Of a stretch of DNA of 64,000 bases, positions 1-14,488 are shown in pieces. Position numbers and translations under genes: made by a program. How positions within the stretch are numbered: position 1 is the first letter of the stretch; every line of letters starts with the position of its first letter. The DNA is from Malacoraja senta (lineage: Eukaryota), in NCBI GenBank assembly GCA_038087875.1, contig CM075992.1:3660001-3724000 (forward strand), given 5' to 3'. Below the pieces are notes generated by a model. The model saw nothing but the letters and a program-made list of their open reading frames with translations, was not told the DNA's origin and did not search any database.

Positions 1-185
1 AGGCCAGTTCATTGGCTATATTTAAGAGGGAGTTAGATGTGGCCCTTGTGGCTAAAGGGATCAGGGGGTATGGAGAGAAGGCAGGTACACGATACTGAGT
101 TGGATGATCAGCCATGATCATATTGAATGGCGGTGCAGGCTCGAAGGGCCGAATGGCCTGCACCTATTTTCTATGTTTCTATGTA
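1..185 (+). mobile_element. CR1 3' end (truncated by window edge)
   Basis: Matches 44307-44490. Confidence 0.85.
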
Positions 186-1059
186 CGGGAATCTTAAAAT
201 CAATATTGGAATTAACACATGACTCATGACATTGACATGAATTTTACATCACCATTGTGGAATCCGGTTTCTTCATTTGCTCTTTTAAAGTTAATTGAGG
301 TAATTATTTCATTTAATCTTGTTATTTGAATTTCACGGCAATTTACATACATACAATAATAACAGACAGTAATAATCAAGGCATAATTGTACAACAGTAT
401 GTAAGCGATCCTCAAAACCCTTACCCTTACCCACCTTCAACCCACCCAAGTCAGGTCGGAGCCAAACACTCACATACGTACACATCCACACACAAATGGT
501 AGAATAGACGAAAAAAAATGTGCTATGTAAAAATAAAAATAGAAAAAATAAAAATAAAAAAATATATATATATATACATATATATCTAAATAAACAATTG
601 TAGGGAGGGGGGGATTAAGGGGAAAGCAGCTGCTGTATAACAAAACGATGATGGAGAACACTCAGTCCTCTTCTGAGTCCGGGAATTGAGGTCATTATTA
701 TTGATTAAAACACAATTACACTAAAACCAAGGAGAAAAGAATAATAATAAAAGTGTTTAAGAAGGAACTGCAGATGCTGGAAAATCGAAGGTAGACAAAA
801 ATGCTGGAGAAACTCAGTGGGTGCAGCAGCATCTATGGAGCGAAGGAAATAGGCGACGTTTCGGGCCGAAACGTTGAGCATACGTTTAGAAGGGAATGTC
901 ATAGATGCTGGTTGACATTCAAAGACATGCCTAGAGAAAGTAGTATCCAGGTGGGTCACAGAGATGAGGGGGGGGGGGGGATGTGGATGGGGAAAGATGG
1001 GTGGGGGATGGGGGGTTTTTGTAGGGGGGGGGGGGCAGAAAGCAGAGGGGTTGTTAGAG

Positions 1060-1590
1060 GCTACCTAAAATTGGCGCGTTCAATGTTCATACCACTGGGT
1101 CGTTCAATGTTCATACCATTGGGTCGTAAGCTACCCAAGCGGAATAGGAGGTGCTGTTCCTCCAGTTTGCGTGTTTAGTTTATTGTCACGTGTACCGAGG
1201 TATCGTTGCGTGCTAACCCAGTCTGCGGAAAGACAGCACATGATTACAATCGAGCCGTCCACAGCGTACAGATACACGATAGAGGGAATAACGTTTCGTG
1301 CAATGTTAAGTCTGGCAGTGGAGGAGGCCCAGGGCAGAAGGGTCAGTGTGGGATTGGGAAGAGGAGTTTAAACGGTGGGCAACCGGGAGATCCGGCTGGA
1401 CTTGGCAAACGAGCACAAGTGTTCGGCAAAAACGGTCGCTGATTCTACGCTTTGTCCTGTCGATGTGGAAGAGCCCATTTCGGGAACAAGGTGAGGTGAA
1501 GGTGAACCTCTATCTCACCTGGAAGGACTGCTGGCGTCCCTGGATGGAGGTGAGGGGGCAGGTATAGGGACAGGTGTTACATCTCCTGCA
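1060..1590 (-). mobile_element. Degenerate Penelope-like GIY-YIG fragment interrupted by a Rex1-type 3' fragment (~1172-1310)
   Basis: Similar to the left arm of the 53647 palindrome (aatatgaggtgctgttcctcc, ggtgaacctct, ggacaggtgttacatctcctgc). Confidence 0.65.
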
Positions 1591-1778
1591 GACACGGGGA
1601 TTTGTTTTGCAAACCAACATCAGCAGTTCCTTGTTTGTACAAAAAGTGCTTGAAATAGTTTACAGGGAAACATCACTTACTTCCTCATTCATTCATACTT
1701 AAAAAAAATAAAAAAATTTTGACTAAAAGTTTAATCAAAAGTGACAAAATTAAGCATAATTCAAATATGTTGAGTGAG

Positions 1779-1859
<81 letters not shown>

Positions 1860-1911
1860 TCTCTCATTTTCTGTCTCTCTCTCTCCCTCTCTCCCTCTCT
1901 CTCTATCACAC

Positions 1912-1942
<31 letters not shown>

Positions 1943-1948
1943 GTCTCC

Positions 1949-2011
<63 letters not shown>

Positions 2012-2065
2012 ATTTTCTGTCTCCTTTTCTCTCTCTCTCTCTCCCCCTCTCTCTCTCTCTCTCCC

Positions 2066-2122
<57 letters not shown>

Positions 2123-2169
2123 ATCTCTCTCTCATTTTCTCTCCTTTTCTCTCTCTCCCTCTCTCTCCC

Positions 2170-2242
<73 letters not shown>

Positions 2243-2435
2243 TTATGTCTCTCTCTCTCACACACTTTTTCTGTGTCTCTCTCTCTGTCTCTCACTTTTT
2301 CTGTCTCTCTCTCTCTATGTCTCTCTCCTTTCCTGTCTCTCTCTCTGTCTCTCACTTTTTCTGTCTGTCTCTCTCTCTCTATCTCTCTCCTTTCCTCTCT
2401 GTCTCTGTCTCTGTCTCTCTTTTTCTGTCTGTCCT
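1779..2435. repeat. (CT)n microsatellite / low complexity
   Basis: Direct inspection. Confidence 0.95.
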
Positions 2436-2483
2436 TGTGTGTCAGGACAAGTTCAAAGTTTGACAAAATCTTTTGCTAAACAT

Positions 2484-2792
2484 TTTAGTTTAGTTTAGAG
2501 ATACAGCACGGAAACAGGCCCTTCAGCCCACTGAGTCCGCACCAACCAGCGATCCCCGCACACTGATACTATCCTACACATTAGAGACAATTTGCATTGC
2601 AAACCGAGCTAATTAACCTACAAACCTGTACGTCTTTGGAGTGCGGGAGGAAACCGGAGATCCCGGAGAAAACCCACTCAGGTCACGGGGAGAACGTACA
2701 AACTCCGTATAGACAGCACCCGTAGTCAGGATCGAACCCGGGTCCCTGGCGCTGTGAGGCAGCAACTCTACCGCTGCGCCACCGGGCCGCCC
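2484..2792 (-). mobile_element. tRNA-derived V-domain SINE (HE1-like)
   Basis: tRNA-like head (tggcgcagcggt / ggttcgatcc A and B boxes), core ggtttcctcccacactccaaagac, LINE-like tail, (ctaaa)n. Confidence 0.85.
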
Positions 2793-3934
2793 TTTAGAAA
2801 GTCACAAAGCATTAGAGCCCTTTAAAACAACTCTGACGCCAAAACTCTAAGGTCGTGTTGCTACTTGCGAGCAAAGCACCAAGGCAAATTCCTTGTATAT
2901 GTACATACTTGGCTAATAACATTTATTCAATTCAATTCAATTCAAAAGAAAAGATTTAATTTAAATAAATGTAACTTTGTAAATAAATAAGTTGAGTTAA
3001 AATGCAGTCACACATGTGTCAAGGAGATTTTTGAACTTCAAGTCTTTAGAATAAAGAAATGTTTTGAAGTTATTGGCCACATTGTTTGGGCAGATCTGAT
3101 AGAAATATATAAAATTATGAGAGGCATAATCAGGGTTGACGGTCAGAACTTTTTCCCCAGTGTGGAATGAATTGTCAAGGGCTAGAGGGCAGAGTTTCAA
3201 GGTGAGTATTCAGTATTCAGTATTCAGTATTTACTTTAATATCATTTTCACTGAGTACTTACATACACAGAGGAAACGAAAAATTGTTTCTCAATCAGTT
3301 CCTGTCAGTGCAGTTAATAAAAACAGAATAAATACATACAACTTTAAAATTAACTTATCTAAAATAGACTTTAAAATTGAACTGAAAACAGACATTCAGA
3401 CCGGACAGTGGCTTTGCTTTGACAGGTGCCTAGCTGTCAAAGTATGGGCGAGGTTAGATGTGGGGGTGTATGATGTATGGGGAGGGGACACAGTCTGTTA
3501 ACCAGTTTTATTGCCTGTGGGAAGAAGCTGTGTAGCATCCTGCTGGTTCTGCAGCTGATACTCCTGTACCACTTCCCAGATGGCAGAATGGAGAAGATAT
3601 GTGGTGGGATGGGTGATAGAGCGCACCTGGATGCTGCGTTTCTGATAGATCTCCAACAGGAATGGGAGTGGAGCACCAATGATCCTACTGGCTGTCTTCA
3701 CTATCCTGTTAAGTTGTGAGAGGGGTAAAGTTTAAAGGCAATGCGCGTGACGGGTTTTTACACAGAGAGTGAGGGGTGCCTGGAATGTGTTGCCAGGAAT
3801 GGTCGAGGCAGATATGATAGTGGTTTTATTAAGAGGCTTTTAAGGAGCTGGAAAGGATACAGAGGAAACCTACGAGAATGTTGCCAGGACTTGAGGCCCT
3901 GGCCTGGGCGATGGGGAGAGGTTGAGCAGGTTAA

Positions 3935-4292
3935 AGCCCCTGTCCCACTGTACGAGGTAATTCAAGAGTTCTCCCGAGTTTTCCCCTGATTCGAACTCGG
4001 AGAATGTCCACAGCGAGTCCGTAGGAGTTCGTGGATGTCTCGTAGCGGCTCGTACGAGTAAAAAGTAACAAGTTATTTCATCACGAGTATTTTTCTACTC
4101 GTGGACATTTTTCACAGTGGATGAAAATACGTCACGAGTTTACCGGATTTCCCGAGTACCTACCGCTACTCGTACGAGCCGCTACGGGACATCCACGAAC
4201 TCCTACGTACCCGCTACGGACATACTCCGAGTTCGAATCAATGGAAAACTCGGGAGAACTCTTGAATTACCTCGTACAGTGGGACAGGCCCT
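3935..4292. mobile_element. PIF/Harbinger-like MITE
   Basis: Termini AGCCCCTGTCCCACT / AGTGGGACAGGCCCT, ~65-bp extended inverted arms, TAA on left flank. Confidence 0.8.
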
Positions 4293-5315
4293 TTTGGACT
4301 TTACTCCTTAAAACAAACGGTTGAGGAATGATCGTATAGAGATGCATAAAGTCAAGATGGGAAATAGATAGGGTGAATGGACACACTTTTTTCCCAGGGT
4401 GAGGGGATATCAAAGACGATAGGGCATAGGTTTAAGATGAGAGGGGAAAGATGAACCTGAGGGGAATTTTTTTACGCAGAAGGTGGTAGGTATGTGGATT
4501 GATCTGCCAGAGGAGGTAGTCGAGGTAGGTACAAGAACGACTTTTAAAAGACATTTGGACAGGTACATGGATAGGAAAGATTTAGAGGGATATGGGCCAA
4601 AGATGTGGAATTCTCTGTCACAGAAGGCAGTGGAGGCCAATTCACTGGATGTTTTCATATTATATAGCTCTTAGGGCTAACGGAATCAAGGGATATGGGG
4701 AGAAAGCAGGAACGGGGTACAGATTTAGGATGATCAGCCATGATCATATGGAATGGCGGTGCTCGCTCGAAGGGCCGAATGGCCTCCTCCTGCACCTATT
4801 TTCTATGTTGCTAAACGGGATTCGTTTAGATGGGCCATTGGAGAGTTGGCCTGTTTCTGTGCAGTATGATTCCCTGACTCGAAATGGGATTAGTGTGGAG
4901 AGATAGCAGGACAAAGGACAGCAGGTGGGTCTGTTTGCGAGTCATATATCTCTATCATCCCATGGGTGAAATACCTATCGGCAACTATGAAGGTAAAAGG
5001 ATTTGTCTGTCATTGACCACCCGTGACAAGTCACATAGCTGCACTATTATTAAGCAGTCCTCAACATAAGCCATAATATGAATCAAGCTACTGTTATTCC
5101 CTCTCTCATAATCTGCCGACGTCACTCATGTTTTTAATTTTCTCTGTTTAGTAAAGGATCCATAAATAGGTCACTTCAAATGTGTCACAGAAGGCTGTGG
5201 AGGCCAAGTCAATGGATATTTTTAAGGCGGAATTTGACGGATTCTTGATTAGTACGGGTGTCAGAGGTTATGGGGAGAAGGCAGGAGAATGGGGTTAGGA
5301 GGGTGCGATATATAA

Positions 5316-5685
5316 AGTCACAGAGTGATACAGCGCGGAAACAGGCCCTTCGGCCCAACTTGCCAACACCGACCACCATGTCCCAGCTACACTAGTCCCA
5401 CCTGCCTGCGCTTGGTCCATATCCCTCCAAACTTGTCCCATCCATGTACCTGTCTAACTGTTTCTTAAACATTGGCGTAGTCCCAGCCTCAACTACCTCC
5501 TCTGGCAGCTCGTTCCATACATCCACCACCCTTTGTGTGAAAAAGTTACCCCTCAGATTCCTATTAAATCTTTTCCCCTTCACCTTGAACCTATGTCCTC
5601 TGGTCCTCGATTCCCCTACTCTGGGCAAGAGACTCTGTGCATCTACCCGATCTATTCCTCTCATGATTTTGTACCCCTCTATAAG
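5316..5685 (-). mobile_element. CR1 3' fragment whose 3' end is shared with the V-SINE family
   Basis: RTRGHRFKVKGKRF...FFTQRVV; ends gggccgaagggcctgtttccgcgctgta, the same as the SINE tail. Confidence 0.85.
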
Positions 5686-6100
5686 ATCAGCCATGATTGA
5701 ATGGTGGGGTAGACTTGATGGGTCGAATGGCCTAATTCTACTCCGAGAACTCATGATCCTATAAATACAGTCTAAGTTGTCCATGTTTACTGATGCTCTG
5801 CCTTGTGTAAAAGGAGTTTAGAAATAAGTAGCTGAATGATTTAATGATTCAATTCAATGATTCAATGAATGTCATAGAACTCATTGTGCGCTGGTCAGCA
5901 GTGCCTCCACAGCCCGCATCAGGCAGACACAGAACCTCTGCGTAAGTGGCGGATAGATCGTTCATGTTCATAAGTGGTAGGAGCAGAATTAGGCCATTCG
6001 GCCCATCAAGTGTCCTCCCCCATTCAATCATGGCTGATCTATCTTTCCCTCTCAACCCCTATCCCCTGACACCCGTACAAATCAAGAATCTATCTATCTA

Positions 6101-6622
<522 letters not shown>

Positions 6623-7389
6623 TCAATTGGCTTCTGTACATCACCCCTGGTGTGTAGGATAGAACAAATGTACAAGTGATCATTGGTCAGTGGGGACAGC
6701 AGTGGGCCGATGGGCCTGTTTCCACGCTGTATCTCTAAAACTAAAAAACTAAAAATGAAACTGCTGGCCTATTTGGTCACACACTGTTTAATGAAGCAAT
6801 TAATGTTAGCAATGGGCCATTTATATTGGAGCTATAGTGTTGTAATATTAGAAGATTTTAGCCAGATCTATTTGGCAGACTTTGCCTTAGTTTCAGCACA
6901 GCAGGATATACAATAAATGATTGTTGGACAGGGCAATGTGAGAATGCTGGAATGATTGAAACTATTTCTAAACAGCATGTTTAGAGGCAGTGTTTTCCAA
7001 TCTACAATCTATTGTTTCCTGCGCTCTGTTTGACAACTAGAATTGTTATCATCTCCCACAAGCTAATATACATCCCAGAGGGGTAGATATTACAAAGCAA
7101 GGCATGCACTTAGTCTGTGCCTGCCTTAACTTCAGGATCTCAAAGCATGGTTCATAGACACCAATGTTTAATGTTTACCTACGGTTGTAATGTTAAGTAA
7201 TGAGGCTGCCTATTTTTGGGAACAGCAACATCATACAAATAGCAAAGCAATGTGTAATGTGAAAAACAGCAAGGACTTTGGAATCCGTGATCATCAGTTT
7301 AGTTTATTAACACCGTGGTTTGTGCAATCAATATGGTTAAAACTGCTAGAAATGAGGAACCACAGATGTTGGTTAACAAGGCCAACCTT

Positions 7390-9088
7390 GGAGCTGCTGA
7401 AGGCGACGCCTCGCTGGCAGAGGAGCTGAACCTCTTCTTTGCTCGCTTTGAAGTGGAGCCACCAGAGACAGCCATATCACGCCACATGGTCCACAGCAGC
7501 TTATCCCTCAAGATAGAGGAGCATGAGGTGAGGGCCATCAATCCGAGGAAGGCTACTGGACCCGACGGCGTTTCTGGACGCGTGCTGAAGGACTGCGCAG
7601 ACCAGCTGGCTGGAGTCTTTACGAGGATTTTCAACCAGTCTCTGGCCCAGTCCACTGTCCCATCCTGTCTGAAGTCCTCCACCATAGTCCCCTTGCCCCA
7701 AAAAAACCCACATTTCCAGTCTCAACGACTACCGGCCAGTCGCACTCACACCAGTGGTGATGAAGTGCTTTGAAAAACTGGTCCGGGGTCACATCACATC
7801 ACTCCTGCCCCGAAGCTTTGACCCCCACCAGTTTGCGTATAGAGCGAATAGATCCACAGAGGATGCTGTAGCCACAGCCCTCCATGCTGCACTGTCCCAC
7901 CTGGAGCAGCGGGGGAGCTACGTGCGGATGCTCTTTGAGGACTACAGCTCTGCTTTTAACACCATCCTTCCCCACAAACTGGTGGACAAACTGGGGGACC
8001 TGGGACTTCCACACTCCACCTGCATGTGGATAAAGAGCTTCCTGTCGGGTCGCAGTCAGAGAGTCAGAGTGGGCCATCACACATCCACGGCCCTCAGCCT
8101 CAGTACCGGCTCTCCACAGGGCTGCGTGCTGAGCCCCCTGCTTTACACCATCTACACATATGACTGCACCCCCGCCCACCACAGTAACACCATTGTCAAA
8201 TTCGCGGATGACACCACGGTGGTGGGGCTCATCTCTGGGGGGGATGAGTACGCTCATCTCTGGGGGGGATGAGGTGGAGCAGCTGACAGGGTGGTGTGGA
8301 GAAAATAACCTGCTCCTCAACACCTCAAAGTCCAAGGAGCTCATAATAGACTACAGAAAGAAGAAAACGGACATTACACCACTAATCATCGATGGGGACT
8401 GTGTGGAGAGCGTGGCGGATTTCCGCTTCCTGGGAATCCACATTGAGGAGGACCTGACATGGAGCATGAACACCTCTGCGCTGCTGAAAAAGGTCCAGCA
8501 GAGACTGTACTTCCTGAGGGTGCTCAGGAAGAACAACATCACCCAGAGACTGCTGCTATCCTCAATAGAGAGCATCTTAACATACTGTGTATGCGTGTGG
8601 TACACCCAGCTGCACAGCGGCTAAGAGGAAAGCGCTCCAGAGGGCTATTGACAACGCCCAGAAGATTATCGGCTGCCCTCTCCTCACCTTGGAGGACCTA
8701 CACAGTTCCCACTGTCTCAAAAAATCCCAGAAGATCATAAAGGACATTTTCCACCCCGGTCGGTCACTCCCTGTTTGAACTGCTGCCGTCAGGCAGACGG
8801 TACAGATCAATGAGGACAAGGACAAACAGACTCAAAAACAGTTTTTATCCCACAGCAATAACTACACCTAATGTAGCCACCAAATGAGTACAGGTGTGCT
8901 ACACACCAAAGGGACTGGGAAATCGACAGAAGAATGTGGTTTTTTTTCATGTTATTTATTTTAGTTGTTTATCTTGGACTTTTGCTCTAAGAAAATGTGT
9001 GAATTGTGCACTGACTGGATGGCATTTCTAATTTCGTTGTACATGTTTACATGTTATAATGACAATAAAGTATTCATTCATTCATTCA
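7390..9088 (+). mobile_element. Rex1/Babar-type non-LTR retrotransposon, 5'-truncated, frameshifted RT
   Basis: ORFs with [47 protein letters not shown]; 3' end aataaag + (attc)n tail. Confidence 0.88.
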
Positions 9089-9203
9089 TACACAAAAGGA
9101 TACAGAGTGCTGGAGTAACTCAGCGGGTCAGGCAGCATCTGTGGAGAACATGGATAGGTGACGTTTCACAGAGTGCTGGAGTAACTCAGCGGGTCAGGCA
9201 GCA

Positions 9204-9205
<2 letters not shown>

Positions 9206-9254
<49 letters not shown>

Positions 9255-9745
9255 TTATTTTTTTTTTTTTTAATTTTTATTTATTAGAAGTACATTACAT
9301 CACAGCCACATACATTAATACTCGTCATTTATATCTTCTTACAATTAATGTACTCCCTTTATTTATTTTTTTTACACTAAAGAAAGAAAAGATTGAAAGA
9401 GAGAAGAAAGTGAAGGAAAAAGTGCAAGTGTAGAAAAGTGTAGAAAATGTAACAACAAAAAAAAAGGACGAGGACCCTATGAGAGCGAAATTAAAAACAA
9501 AAAGAAAAAGAGTTAAGAAATAGGCCCTAAGAAAAGAAAAGAGAGAGAGAAAAAAAGAAAAACAAATGTTTTTTTTTTTTGAGCATCACGTAAATAGGAC
9601 ATACCAACTCTTCAACTATCATCCCCCCTTACCCGACCTCAATTTTTTATTTTTTTAAAGTACTTTTGCACCCTATGTTTGTAATAATTCTATAAATGCA
9701 GACCACGTCAGGTGGAAGTGATCTGGTTTACCTGCCTCCAAAGGT
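9206..9745 (-). mobile_element. L1/Tx1-like 3' end with poly(A) tail
   Basis: Long T-run (poly A on minus) preceded by AATAAA; L1-like C-terminal W..F remnant at ~9680-9740. Confidence 0.5.
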
Positions 9746-10338
9746 GCAGAGGTTTGATTTCGGAGTGGAGAGGAGACCGGCTGATGTGGATCTGAGGGAC
9801 TAAGAAGTGTCCTCACCCGAAACGTCACCCTTTCTTTTTCTCCAGAGATGTTGCCTGACCCGCTGAGTTACTCCAGCATTTTGTATCTATCATTAGATAT
9901 TCTTTAATTTTAGACACAAGGAACTGCAGATGCTGGTTTACACACAAAAAAAGACACAAAGTGCTGGAGTAACTCAGCATCGGCAGTTCCTTGTGTCTAC
10001 ATTAAAGTGTATGTGAAGATGGACACAGAGTGCTGGAGTAACTCAGCGGGTCAGGCAGCATCTGTGGAGCGAAGGAAATGGGCAACCTTTCGGGCCGAAA
10101 CCCTGAAGGAAATAGGCAACGTTTCGGGCCGAAACCCGGAAGGGTTTCGGGCCGAAACGTTGCCTATTTCCTTCGCTCCATAGATGCTGCCGGAACATGG
10201 ATAGGTGACGTTTCACAGAGTGCTGGAGCAACTCAGCGGGTCAGGCAGCATCTGTGGAGAACATGGATAGGTGACGTTTCACAGAGTGCTGGAGTAACTC
10301 AGCGGGTCAGGCAGCATCTCTGGGGAACATGGATAGGT

Positions 10339-10366
10339 GACGTTTCGGGTCGAGACCCTTCTTCAG
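10339..10366 (-). ncRNA. Hammerhead-like motif, dispersed copy
   Basis: Minus strand CTGAAGA-A-GGGTCTCGACCC-GAAACGTC (GUC cleavage triplet). Confidence 0.6.
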
Positions 10367-10489
10367 ACTGATTGAAGTGGGAGGGGGAGGGGAGAAAGCT
10401 GGAAGAGCGGAGAGGCAGGACAAAGCACGGCGGGGGGAGGGGACGTAGGCAAGGGGGGCTTTAGATAGGCAGATGGTTTGGAACAAATG

Positions 10490-10800
10490 GGCGGCACGGT
10501 GAGGCAGCGGTGGAGTTGCTGCCTTACAGCACCAGAGACCCGGGTTCCATCCTGACTACGGGTGCCGTCTGTATGGAGTTTGTAAGTTCTCACCGTGACC
10601 TGCGTGGGTTTTCTCCGGGTGCTCCGGTTTCCTCCCACACTCGAAAGACGTACAGGTTTGTAGGTTAATTGGCTTCGGTTAATAGTAAAAAATATTGTCC
10701 ATAGTGCGTGTAGGTTAGTGTATATGGTGGCAGCTGGTTGGCGCCTACTCGGTGGGCTGAAGGGCCTGTTTCCGGGCTGAATTTTTAAAGTCTAAAGTCT
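10490..10800 (+). mobile_element. tRNA-derived V-SINE
   Basis: Same family as 2484-2792. Confidence 0.8.
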
Positions 10801-12009
10801 AAAGGCCAGAGATAAGAACAGAAGGTGTGAGACAGGATTGAAGAGTTGTGAATTGCTAAACCTAGGGGGAGGAAAGTCCCAAGAGGGGAGGGGAGAAATA
10901 GGTGGGACACTAGGTGGGGCACGGGGAGGGGAGGAGGGAGAAATAGGAGGGAGGGGGGGTTGGGGGACAAAGGGAGGGTGTGAGGGGAGGGGGTTTGTAG
11001 GAGGTTACGCAAAGTTGGAGAATTCAATGTTCGTATCGTTGGATTGAATGCTACCCTCGCCTAATATGAGGTGTTCCGCTGTCGTTATCATGGTTAATGT
11101 GTTAACAAGACTAATTAAACCTTGTTTACCGTCGCGATTTGTCATCAGAGAGGGAAGACTCGTCACTTCATGGGAAGTTGCTTGGTCATGCTCATAGAAG
11201 AAATGAATGTTTTAACTGGAGGCACAAGAGACTTCAGAATCCAGAGCAAAAGAGGGCGGTGGAGGCAGGTTCTCTGGATGCTTTCAAGAGAGAGCTAGAT
11301 AGGGCTCTTAAAAATAGCGGAGTCAGGGGGATATGGGGAGAAGGCAGGAACGGGGTACTGATTGGGGATGATCAGCCATGATCATATTGAATGGCGGTGC
11401 TGGCTCGAAGGGCCAAATGGCCTACTCCTGCACCTATTGTCTATTGTCTATTGTCTATTGTCTAAAAGACTAATGCTGGAGGAACTCAGCGGGTGAGGCA
11501 GCATCTATGGAGCGAAGGGAATAGGCGACGTTTCGGGTCGAGACCCTTCTTCCGACTGAACAAACGGAGGAACTCAGCGGGTCAGTCAGCTTTCGTGGAG
11601 GGAATGGACAGAGGATGTTTTGGGCTGGGACCCTTCCTTTCAACTGATAGTTTGGACTGGGACTGTGGGCGTTGCTGGAGCAACAGAGGAAGAAGATAGA
11701 AAGAAGGAACTGCAGATGCTGGTTTACAAAAAAAAGGGCAGTAAGTGTCGGAGTAACTCAGCTGGTCAGGTAACATCTCTGGAGAACATGGACAGGTGAT
11801 GTTTCAGGTCCGGACCCTTCTTCTGACTGAGAAGAAGAGTCCAGATCAAACACATCACTTATCCATGTTCTCCAGAGATGTTGCCTGACCTGATGAGTTA
11901 CTCCAGGAGAAGATACTTTCTAATCCACTGTTGTCAGGTGTCCTTAGGTGCAGAAGGAGTGTGAGAACACTGTTTGGTTGAGAATTGTTCATTTACAGAA
12001 TTGTTCAGA

Positions 12010-12300
12010 GGTACAGTATGGAAACAGGCCCTTCGGCCCTGTGAGTCAGCGCCAACCGGCGATCCCCGCACACTAACACTATCCTACACACACTAGGGAC
12101 AATTTACAATGTTACCAAAGCCAATTAACCTACAAATCTGTACCTCTATGGAGTGTGGGAGGAAACCGGAGCACCCAGGGAAAACCCACGCAGGTCACGG
12201 GGAGAACGTACAAACTCTGTACAGACAGCACCAGTAGTCAGGATCGAACCCAGGTCCCTGGCGCTGTGAGGCAGCAACTCTACCCCTGCGACACCGTGCT
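12010..12300 (-). mobile_element. tRNA-derived V-SINE
   Basis: Same family. Confidence 0.8.
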
Positions 12301-12587
12301 GTCCGAAATTGGATCAAATGGACAAATTCTCTTTTTGAATTGTGGAATAAAGGCGATGATGACTCTTATATTCGCTGTCTCCACAGGACTCCATAAGCAG
12401 TAGAGATGGAAGGGTTGTTTACTTTAAGAGAGCAAACTGCATTTTTTTTTGTAACTAATGGCCTGGTAAAATAATTTCCACAAACATATTGGTTAGGTCA
12501 TCAGAATCATGCTGTAACAAGCTAGCATTTTGTAACACCTTGAAGGCAAAATAATCACTGACATTGAGGAGAATCTACAATTTCCAA

Positions 12588-13025
12588 TGACAATAGACAA
12601 AAGGTGCAGGAGTAGGCCATTCGGCCCTTCGAGCCAGCACCGCCATTCAATGTGATCATGACTGATCATCCCCGATCAGTACCCCTTCTCCCCATATCCC
12701 CTGACTCCGCTATTTTTAAGAGCCCTATCTAGCTCTCTCTTGAAAGCATCCAGAGAACCGGCCTCCACCGCCCTCTGAGGCAGAGAATTCCACAGACTCA
12801 CATCTCTCTGTGAGAAAAAGTGTTTCCTCGTCTCCGTTCTAAATGGCTTACCCCTTATTCTTAAACTGTGGCCCCTGGTTCTGGACTCCCTCCAACATCG
12901 GGAACATGTTTCCTGCCTCTAGCGTGTCCAAGCCCTTAATAATCTTATATGTTTCACTAAGATCCCCTCTCATCCTTCTAAACTCCAGAGTGTACAAGCC
13001 CAGCCGCTCCATTCTATCAACGTGA
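12588..13025 (-). mobile_element. CR1 3' fragment
   Basis: Same subfamily as 20371-20782. Confidence 0.85.
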
Positions 13026-14488
13026 CAATATACCCAGGAAACTATCTATTCAATGAATGTTTCAAACAGCAGGCAGAGAATGGCAGGTGCCTAGAACATG
13101 CTGCCAGGGGTGGTAGGGGAGGCAGATACAAACCTATTTTTTCGATCAACCGAATCTATTTCAACAGTAGATTCATAGAGCCAAAGAGATATATGGCATA
13201 GACACAGAGCTATTGCCTAATCCGGGCAGCATCTCTGGAGAAATGGAATAGGTGACGTTTCAGGTCGAGACCCTTGGTCAGATCCTTGACTTCAAACTAA
13301 ACTAAACTAAAAATAAACACAAAAAGCTGGAGTAATTCAGCGGGTCAGGCATCATCTCTGGAGAAAAGGATTAGTTGACGTTTTGGGTCGAGGCCCTTCT
13401 GCAGACCCTTGACTTCAAACTAAGCAAAACCATATTTAAGACATCCGTCAAAACATGAATGGGCTGCAAATCCTGTATCAGCCTCGAACAAATCAGGGCT
13501 TTCAATGATGTTTGGATGGATGCGATAAATAGTGTCGAGTATTTGGACCATATCCATTTAAAAACTTATAATAGTTGATATCGGTTTATTATCTGGCCCC
13601 GACTGCATGCAATTTCCCAGAACTTCTAATCAGATCACATGGAGCAGGAAACTAATGGCAGGATAAAACTAATTTAATGTTCAGTTAACCTTTACTAATC
13701 TTGCAAGAAAACAGCTCGACTGCCTCCTGAATTCCTACAAAGTGAATAACCATGTTATGCAGTGATTAGTCATTAAAAATGTGAAAATGTGCTCTCAAAA
13801 TAGCCTGGAAATAAACACCTTCCAAAGATATGCTTGCAACATGTTAATAACAGTCAACGGACTGACGAACATGATTTAGAGGATCGGATATATTTATCCT
13901 GAAATTGGCCATTCCAATGCAAAGCAGTGGCAAACAAAGTCTATCATTTCTTAGGAGATTTAGTTCAGTTTTAGTTTAGTTTAGAGATACAGCATGGAAA
14001 CAGGCCTTTCGGTCCACAGAGTCCGCAACGACCAGCGATACTTGCAGATTAACACTATCCTAACACACTGGGACAATTGCCAATTAACCTACAAACCTGT
14101 ACCTTCTGAACCTTCTGAATTTTGTAGTCAGCAGGGCAGTACTCTGCATATCGCCAACTTGGACAATTTTTATCAAGCCAATTAATCAGGCCAATGAACC
14201 TACAAACCTGCACGTCTTTGGAGTGTGGGAGGAAACCGAAGATCTCGGAGAAAACCCACGCAGGTCACGGGGAGAACGTGCAAACTCCGTACAGACAGCA
14301 CCCGTAGTCGGGATCGAACCCTGGTCTCTGGTGCTGCATTTTGCTGTAAGGCAGCAACTCTACCGCTGACCTACAATGAACCTACAAACTTGTGCATCTT
14401 TCGAGTGTGAGAGGAAATCAAAGATCTCGGAGAAAACCCACGCGGGTCACGTGAGAACATTAATAATAACAAACATTTATAATATTTA

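Noticed and set aside
1685..2498. SL/RE dipeptide ORFs
   Set aside because: (CT)n microsatellite.
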